Assembly: GCA_963666985.2 (NCBI GenBank) | Contig: CAXXIA010000002.1 | Coordinates: 1,312,001 to 1,376,000 of the forward strand | Reading direction: 5' to 3' | DNA: 64,000 nucleotides | Source: Spirochaetia bacterium | GTDB lineage: Bacteria; Spirochaetota; Spirochaetia; DSM-2461 | Part shown: positions 57,847 to 64,000 of the stretch, one piece after another | How the letters are laid out: the number at the start of each line of letters is the position of its first letter | Position numbering within the stretch: position 1 is the first letter of the stretch | The notes under the pieces: model-generated | Databases searched by the model: none | Seen by the model: only the letters and a program-made list of their open reading frames with translations | What the model was told of the DNA's origin: nothing | Program-made: the position numbers and the translations under genes

Positions 57847-57850
57847 TAAC

Positions 57851-59005
57851 TCACCGTCCCCGCAGTTCTTCGGTGAGTTTCCGTGCGGCCTCGCCGGTCT
57901 TATTCGGATCGGAGGTATCGGACCAGGCCGCGGCGATAACGTTAACCAAGGCCGAACCGACAATGGCGGCGTCGGCCATCTTAACGACTGCCGCCACCTG
58001 CTCAGGGCGTTGAATACCGAAACCGGCCATCACCTTGGGGCCGCCGCTCCGATTTTCGGCCGCCGAGCTTCCGGCGTTGCCGCCGCTTGTAATTCCGCCG
58101 GCACTTTCGTTTCCCGCACCGTCGCACTCACGGTCCAATTGGCGCCCGCGCAGTTTCATCAAAAAGGATTCCTGCTCGGCTCCCAGTTCGGTGTAAGTGC
58201 CGGTGATGCCGCTCCGAAGAGCCACGTAAATCCAATCAAGCGGCTGGGAGAGAATCTCCTCCAGCCGTGCATCGGTAATCCAGGGCACCACCACCGGAAC
58301 CGCCGGACATCCGGCTTCGGCGGCGGCCTCATACAGTCCTTCGTCGGCCCCCGGGGCCAAATCGGGAATAATCAGCCCGGAAGCTCCGGCCGCCTTCGCC
58401 CGGCGGGAGAACTCGGCCACACCGGGGGTAACAACCAGCGAGGCATAACTCATTATGAAAATGGGGATGTCCAATTCGGCGCGAATTTCAGAGAGAAGCC
58501 GAAAGGCGTCCGAAACGGTAAAGCCGCCCTCCAAGGCCGTGTTGCAGGCGCTTTCAATCACCGGCCCGTCGGCGCTGGGATCCGAAAAGGGAATCTGCAT
58601 TTCCAGGGCAAAGGCGCCGCCGGCGATCAGTCCCCGCGCCACTTCAAGGGAGGCCTCGTAGGTGGGGAAACCGGCGATGAAGTGGGTCACGATTTTCGGA
58701 TCGGAGGCGGCGGATAAACCGCTCGAAAAACCGGCCTTCGCTTCGGCGGCGATGTTAAATCGGCCGCTATTACGATTCCCGCCTTCGGCCGATTCGGCCT
58801 CGGCTCCGGGGTTATCGCCGGCGGGATAGACAGCTTTGCCCGGTCCGCCGATAGTTGCCCCGGCGGCCTCGGCTGTATAACGGCCGGCACCGCCGGTATC
58901 GGGTGTATCGGCCTGCAGCGAAACTCGGCAGGGGAATTGCTCTCCGGCTTCGGGACCCAAGGGCCGTATCGGAGTGCAACGAGAAACGGTCCCGTCAGTC
59001 ATCAT
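57851..59005 (-). CDS. trpA: Tryptophan synthase alpha chain with ~100-aa N-terminal extension and internal insertion
   Basis: EMQIPFSDPSADGPVI, GLIIPDL, GITG, AGFGI, IVGSA; ATG overlaps trpB stop (ATGA) with GGAGG SD. Confidence 0.93.
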   Translation of the reverse strand: MMTDGTVSRCTPIRPLGPEAGEQFPCRVSLQADTPDTGGAGRYTAEAAGATIGGPGKAVYPAGDNPGAEAESAEGGNRNSGRFNIAAEAKAGFSSGLSAASDPKIVTHFIAGFPTYEASLEVARGLIAGGAFALEMQIPFSDPSADGPVIESACNTALEGGFTVSDAFRLLSEIRAELDIPIFIMSYASLVVTPGVAEFSRRAKAAGASGLIIPDLAPGADEGLYEAAAEAGCPAVPVVVPWITDARLEEILSQPLDWIYVALRSGITGTYTELGAEQESFLMKLRGRQLDRECDGAGNESAGGITSGGNAGSSAAENRSGGPKVMAGFGIQRPEQVAAVVKMADAAIVGSALVNVIAAAWSDTSDPNKTGEAARKLTEELRGR

Positions 59006-60237
59006 TTAAAATCCTCCCTTTCACTCTCTTCTTTCAAAAAACTTTTCCAGGCAGCGCCGTCCAAAGCGGCCGCGGAAATGAAAATATCCTTATCGCCGCG
59101 CCCGGACATATTCACGACAAGGCTCTTGCCGCTCCCCAATTCACGGGCCAAAACCATGGCCGCGGCACCGGCATGAGCCGATTCCATGGCGAAAATCAGC
59201 CCTTCCTCACGGGCGAAAAAACGCAAAGCGTTCAGCGCTTCATCGTCCCGCACACCGACAAAACGTATACGGCCGCTCTCTCCCAGATGCGCCAGCTGCG
59301 GGCCGATGCCCGCGTAATCCAGCCCGGCCGAAATGGAATGGGTCAACTGAACCTGTCCGTCCGCATCGGTCAGAAACCGGCTCTTGTACCCCTGTACCAC
59401 GCCCACTCGGCCGTCGCCGGTCATTCGTGCCGCGTTGTTTCCTATTCCGGGCCCCCGTCCCCCGGCTTCGGCCCCCACCAGAAGAGGCGCACCCGGAGGC
59501 GAATCAATATAAGGTTCAAAAAATCCAATCGCGTTCGATCCGCCCCCCACGCAGGCCACCAGCGCATCCGGCTCGCTCACACCCAGCTCCGCCAACTGGC
59601 CGCGCGTTTCCCGCCCGATCACCGACTGGAACTCCCTCACCATATCGGGAAAAGGAGAAGGCCCCAGAGCCGATCCCAAAAGATAGTGCGTGTTCTCCCA
59701 ACTCGAAGCCCAGTCGCGCAGCGCCGCGTTCACCGCATCTTTGAGCGTGCGGCTTCCCGACTTGACGGGCCGCACCTCGGCGCCGAAAAGCTCCATCCAG
59801 TACACGTTCGGATGCTGCCGGCGAATATCCTCCTCGCCCATGTACACCACACATTCCAAACCCAAACGGGCACAGGCCGCGGCGGTTGCCACCCCGTGCT
59901 GACCCGCGCCTGTTTCCGCGATAATCCGCGTCTTGCCCATGCGCTTCGCCAAGAGCGCCTGACCCGCCGCATTATTTATTTTATGGGCGCCCGTATTGGC
60001 CAGCCCCTCAAGCTTGATATATATATCCGCGCCGCCCAGAGCCGCACTCGCATTCCGGGCCGGCAGCAAAGGCGTCGGCCTGCCCACATAGTCCCGAGCG
60101 AACGCCTCAAGATCTCCCCGAAAACCGGGATCGGCCATGGCCGCGCCAAATTCCTCTTCCAGCCGTTCCAGGGGCCGGCGGAGAACCTCAGCCACGTACC
60201 GTCCGCCGTATTCCCCGAAAAAACCATTGTCACTCAT
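59002..60237 (-). CDS. trpB: Tryptophan synthase beta chain
   Basis: GAHKINN (PLP Lys), ETGAGQHG, CVGGGSNA, SAGLDY, SGRGDKD. Confidence 0.98.
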   Translation of the reverse strand: MSDNGFFGEYGGRYVAEVLRRPLERLEEEFGAAMADPGFRGDLEAFARDYVGRPTPLLPARNASAALGGADIYIKLEGLANTGAHKINNAAGQALLAKRMGKTRIIAETGAGQHGVATAAACARLGLECVVYMGEEDIRRQHPNVYWMELFGAEVRPVKSGSRTLKDAVNAALRDWASSWENTHYLLGSALGPSPFPDMVREFQSVIGRETRGQLAELGVSEPDALVACVGGGSNAIGFFEPYIDSPPGAPLLVGAEAGGRGPGIGNNAARMTGDGRVGVVQGYKSRFLTDADGQVQLTHSISAGLDYAGIGPQLAHLGESGRIRFVGVRDDEALNALRFFAREEGLIFAMESAHAGAAAMVLARELGSGKSLVVNMSGRGDKDIFISAAALDGAAWKSFLKEESEREDFK

Positions 60238-60449
60238 TTTATTCTCCTGCTGACCCCCGAAGCCCGGCGATAACCGCCGTCTCCGAAATCCGCCGCTTCC
60301 ACTTCCCGCCGATACCCGGAATCACGGCGTTACCCGCATTTCCCTTTCGCGGACGCACGTTCAATTCTGCTTGCCGCGCTCACTTCCGGTCGCCTCGGCC
60401 AATCATCCCCGCGCCCGAAGGCGCCTCTTATCGGCCAAGGGCGTGCCCA

Positions 60450-60491
60450 TTACCACTGCCGCCACGGCCGTATAAATATACACACACTCAT
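60450..60491 (-). other. Mini-ORF MSVCIFIRPWRQW, candidate Trp-sensing leader-like peptide upstream of trpBA
   Basis: Manual translation ATG AGT GTG TGT ATA TTT ATA CGG CCG TGG CGG CAG TGG TAA; start and stop both overlap neighbouring mini-ORFs. Confidence 0.35.
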
Positions 60492-60516
60492 GAACCGACA
60501 AAGCCCGCCCGCGCCA

Positions 60517-62070
60517 TCAGCGGCCGCCTTCACCTTTCGCCGCGCCCTTCGCCGCGGCAACGAACTTCTTCAGCTTCCCGTGATCCTTCCGTCCCTTCTC
60601 GGCCTCAACGCCGCTGGACACATCCACCAGTCCGGGCCGCCATTCGGCGACAATCCCCGCCGCGTTCTCCGGCGTGAGGCCTCCGGCAATCCAGAGCCGT
60701 CTTCGTGCCGCGGCGGCCTCCATAAGAACATCATCCAGAACCTTGCCGGTTCCCCCCCGCGCCTCGGCGGAAAAGGCATCCACCAGAATCGCCGGAGAGC
60801 CGGGATTATCGGCGGCGCCGATTTCCAGACATTCGGCATCTTCAGGCGTCCGCAGATTCACCGCCTTGTAGCCGGGCCAGGACCGGACCGTCTTCGGCGA
60901 TTCGTCGCCGTGAAATTGTATAAAATCCAGAACGCCTTCTTCCAACAGCGCGGCGGCCTCAGGCGGAACATCCTCATCCGGCCCCAGCACAACCACCGCC
61001 GTCTTCAGCACAGGTAAATCGGCGCATTGCCGTACAACCGCGGCCGAAGCGCGCCTCGGCGACTCGGCCAGCACGAATCCCAGCATGTCGGCACCGGCCT
61101 CCACCGCGGCCTCGGCGTCGGCCCGATTGGTAATGCCGCAGATTTTCACCAAAGGAACGCCTTCCCGGTGCCGATCATACAATCGCTTCCAGGCACCGTA
61201 ACGCCGTTCGGCCTCGGCGCCTTCCGCCCAGGCCGCGACCAAATCCTTGGCGGCCCGGGGAGAGCGGGCCACGGCCTCGCCCACCAGGAATCCGGAAAAT
61301 CCGCATCCCCGAACAAAGAGCGCGTCATCCCGGCCGCTAATCCCCGACTCATAAATAATGTCGCAGGGCCAGTCGATGAAATTCCGGGTTTCCAGCGGGA
61401 TGAGCGGCTCCACTTTAAACCGGCGCAAATCCCGGCTGTTGATGCCCACAAGAGGCGGCCGGAACGCGCGCACTTTGGCCGCATCTTCTCCGGTATGCAC
61501 TTCCACCAGACAGGTTAATCCCAGATCAACGGCCCGGCGGTACATCATCTCCAGGATGTCCTTATTCAAAAGAGTCGCGATAAGAAGAACGGCATCGGCG
61601 CCGGCCCTCCAGCTCACCTCGATGTCTTCCACGTCCAGAAGAAAATCCTTCCGCAGAACGGCCAATTCGGGATGGGCCGTCTTTACGGCGATCAGGTCCG
61701 CCAGGGATCCGCCGAAGCGCGCCTCTTCGGTGAGTACGCTGATTCGCTTAAACCCCGCCTCGGCGTAGCGGCCGGCCTGTGCCGCCGGATCGGGGATGTC
61801 GGCGATGTCGCCCTTGGAGGGGCTGCGCCTCTTCACCTCCGCAATAAGAAGACCTTCCCGCGGCGGCGCGAAAGCGGAGCCGAATGAAAGAGGCCGTCCC
61901 AAATCCTGGCCCGGTAACGACGGCGGCGCCTCTTCCGGCGCCCGCCCGAAAGCAACCAGAGGCGCCACCCGCTTCTCCGGCAAATCCAGTCCCTGGGCGG
62001 CGCCCCGCGCGGCCACACGTTCTTTGCGGGCCGCCGCTATTTCCAGCAGAATGTCCGGCGTGCCGCTCAT
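60517..62070 (-). CDS. trpCF: Bifunctional indole-3-glycerol phosphate synthase / phosphoribosylanthranilate isomerase
   Basis: IAEVKRRSPSKG, LRKDF, GINSRDL, ESGI (TrpC); VKICGIT, QFHGDE, GGTG, IAGGL, DVSSGVE (TrpF). Confidence 0.96.
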   Translation of the reverse strand: MSGTPDILLEIAAARKERVAARGAAQGLDLPEKRVAPLVAFGRAPEEAPPSLPGQDLGRPLSFGSAFAPPREGLLIAEVKRRSPSKGDIADIPDPAAQAGRYAEAGFKRISVLTEEARFGGSLADLIAVKTAHPELAVLRKDFLLDVEDIEVSWRAGADAVLLIATLLNKDILEMMYRRAVDLGLTCLVEVHTGEDAAKVRAFRPPLVGINSRDLRRFKVEPLIPLETRNFIDWPCDIIYESGISGRDDALFVRGCGFSGFLVGEAVARSPRAAKDLVAAWAEGAEAERRYGAWKRLYDRHREGVPLVKICGITNRADAEAAVEAGADMLGFVLAESPRRASAAVVRQCADLPVLKTAVVVLGPDEDVPPEAAALLEEGVLDFIQFHGDESPKTVRSWPGYKAVNLRTPEDAECLEIGAADNPGSPAILVDAFSAEARGGTGKVLDDVLMEAAAARRRLWIAGGLTPENAAGIVAEWRPGLVDVSSGVEAEKGRKDHGKLKKFVAAAKGAAKGEGGR

Positions 62071-62315
62071 CGGCGAACTCCCGCCGCGCCAAATCCTTCA
62101 CCGGAACAGGACCTTAAAAACCGCAAATCCGCGCTCATCTTTACAGCGCCGCCGCGCAGCCGCGCGGCAGCCGCCCGAAACCTTCCAAGACGCAGGCACG
62201 ACGTGCCCGGCCGGACGCACTCCGCCCGACTCCCGATGAAAGCACCTTCAAATCGGCGAGTCCGACACACGCTTTTCGGCCGTTCCACAATCGCCGGGCG
62301 CCTCTTTCCCCTCAC
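62067..62315 (-). other. 82-codon bridging ORF spanning the whole trpGD-trpCF spacer
   Basis: GTG overlaps the trpGD stop (GTGA, GGGAG 7 nt upstream) and its TGA overlaps the trpCF ATG (ATGA); low-complexity Arg/Gly/Ala peptide. Confidence 0.4.
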
Positions 62316-63973
62316 GCCGCGCTCCCGGACGCTCCGACCCGGCGGCGCAGAGCCTCCACTTTGGCGGCCGCCCGGCCATCCTCCAGGGCGGCTTTGGCCT
62401 TCGCATAGCCCTCCGCGATATCCTCGGCTTCTCCGGCAACGAACAAAGCGGCCCCGGCGTTCAGGCAAACAGCCTCCCGAATGGCCGCCTGTCCGCCTCC
62501 CCGAAGCAATTCCCGGGCGGTTTTGGCATTCTCAGCACCATCACCCCCCGCCAGATCTTCCGCGGCGAAACCGCTTATCCCCAAACTCGCCGGATCAAAA
62601 GTCTCCTCGCGCTCCGCGCCGTTTTCATCAATGAAGAACGTCTTGGTTACCGTGGCCGGAGAGATTTCATCCAAACCGTCGGCGGAGCGCACGGTCATCA
62701 CGCGCTTCACGCCGAGCATCTTCGCGGCCCGGGCCATCACCGGCAGAAGATCATCTTCGTAAACGCCGATAAGCTGATACTCCGCGCCCGCGGGATTCGC
62801 CAGGGGGCCCAGGCAGTTCATGATCGTCTTCACGCCCAGGGCGCGCCGCACCGGACCGGCGTACTTCATGGCCCCGTGAAACAGCGGCGCGGCCATGTAG
62901 GCGAATCCCTCGGATTCCACGCTCGCCACAACACCGGCCGAATCGAGATCGGTCGGGATTCCCAAAGCCGCGAAAAAATCGGTGCTCCCCGATTTGGAAC
63001 TCACCGCCCGGTTGCCGTGCTTGGCCACCATCACGCCGCAGCTTGAAGCCACCAGCGCCGAGAGAGAGGAGATGTTGAAGGAATGCATCCCGTCGCCGCC
63101 GGTGCCGCAGGTATCCAGCACCCCCCGGTCGTTCAAATGAACCGGCCGTTTTTTCTCCACCAGTACAGACGCGCAGCCGGCCACCTCGTCGGCGGTGGCT
63201 CCTTTCACCGCGATCGCGGTCAGCATCCCGGCGATGAACGCCTCCTCAAGAGCACCGTCGGTCAGTTCGTCCATGAACGCGGCCGCCTCATCGCGGGTTA
63301 AATCGGCCCCCGAGATCACCTTGGATAAAAGAGCCTTTCCATCCAGCGGCTCCCGTCTCCAATGAAGGAAGTTCGCCAGCAGCCTTTCCCCGAATTCGCT
63401 GCCGATGGACTCCGGGTGGAACTGCACGCCTTCGATGGGGAACTCCCGATGGCGCAGTCCCATGATTTCGCCGTCCTCGGAGTATGCGGTAATCTCCAGT
63501 TCCGACGGCACCGTCGAGGGATCCACCGCCAGGGAATGATAGCGGGTAAAGCGGCAGGGATTGGGAATGTTCCGGAACAGCCCTTTACCGTCCACATGAA
63601 TGGGCTCCGCCTTTCCGTGAACAATGTTTTTCGCCTGAACGATGTCGGCGCCGAAGGCCTCTCCGATGCTCTGATGCCCCAGACACACGCCGAGAATGGG
63701 AACTTTCCCGGCGAAGGCTTTAATGGTCTCCACCGAAATACCCGCTTCGGACGGCGTGCCCGGTCCCGGCGAAATGATGAGCCGGTCCGGCGCCAGCTCT
63801 TCGAGTTCGGCCACGGTAATCTCATTATTGCGGAACACCAGAATTTCTTCTTTCGGATCGTCCGCGATAATCTTCCCCACCATCTGATAGATGTTGTAGG
63901 TAAAAGAATCATAGTTATCGATTAAGACAATTCGGCGTTTCGCGCCGCCGTCCTGAACATTGCTGTTTGTCAT
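62312..63973 (-). CDS. trpGD: Bifunctional anthranilate synthase component II / anthranilate phosphoribosyltransferase
   Basis: IDNYDSFTYN, SPGPG, GVCLGHQ, QFHPES (TrpG); DTCGTGGDG, KHGNR..SS.SGS, GLDEIS (TrpD); start at ATG 63973 (GGAG SD) or 63985. Confidence 0.96.
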   Translation of the reverse strand: MTNSNVQDGGAKRRIVLIDNYDSFTYNIYQMVGKIIADDPKEEILVFRNNEITVAELEELAPDRLIISPGPGTPSEAGISVETIKAFAGKVPILGVCLGHQSIGEAFGADIVQAKNIVHGKAEPIHVDGKGLFRNIPNPCRFTRYHSLAVDPSTVPSELEITAYSEDGEIMGLRHREFPIEGVQFHPESIGSEFGERLLANFLHWRREPLDGKALLSKVISGADLTRDEAAAFMDELTDGALEEAFIAGMLTAIAVKGATADEVAGCASVLVEKKRPVHLNDRGVLDTCGTGGDGMHSFNISSLSALVASSCGVMVAKHGNRAVSSKSGSTDFFAALGIPTDLDSAGVVASVESEGFAYMAAPLFHGAMKYAGPVRRALGVKTIMNCLGPLANPAGAEYQLIGVYEDDLLPVMARAAKMLGVKRVMTVRSADGLDEISPATVTKTFFIDENGAEREETFDPASLGISGFAAEDLAGGDGAENAKTARELLRGGGQAAIREAVCLNAGAALFVAGEAEDIAEGYAKAKAALEDGRAAAKVEALRRRVGASGSAA

Positions 63974-64000
63974 TTCAATCTCCATTTCCGGCCGGAAGGC

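Noticed and set aside
58855..60273. 472-aa + strand ORF opposite trpB (likewise 9384..10709 opposite pepT and 34847..36154 opposite the permeases)
   Set aside because: Antisense shadows of well-supported genes.

Overview
Chromosomal window from a GC-rich spirochaete, most likely Spirochaetaceae. The assignment rests on family resemblance only: many lipoproteins, a TPR/Mrr-like protein, a DUF6675-like protein and a giant FlgD-Ig protein. Contents from left to right: (1) a cell-envelope and housekeeping block (uppP, SLT lytic transglycosylase, membrane-anchored Hsp70-SBD-like protein, TPR protein, rsmG, mnmE, lipoprotein, pepT, cation:H+ antiporter, PTS EIIA); (2) tRNA-Arg(CCT) and tRNA-Asp(GTC) flanking a PHP gene; (3) lipoproteins plus a beta-barrel-like gene, and trmH; (4) a ~10.6-kb adhesin-like gene with three near-identical 1566-bp tandem repeats and a 1-bp frameshift; (5) an RpiR-regulated Ugp-like ABC operon, a CGNR/ABM divergent pair and a large cNMP-binding protein; (6) a visibly AT-richer accessory stretch at ~41-57.8 kb (OmpA/Ig/beta-barrel protein, surface lipoprotein, two-component system, DUF5058-amidohydrolase-PucR module, MFS, AKR); (7) trpGD-trpCF-trpB-trpA. 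The most unusual signal, found by manual translation, is that 130-300 bp spacers inside operons appear to be translated. Some are tiled by chains of stop/start-overlapping mini-ORFs: seven between trpCF and trpB (one with W-R-Q-W), one between trpGD and trpCF, and two between rpiR and the solute-binding gene. Others are read as long low-complexity N-terminal extensions (TrpA, UgpE-like permease). No transposase, integrase, CRISPR array or rRNA was seen. All product calls are by motif recognition; no database search was run.
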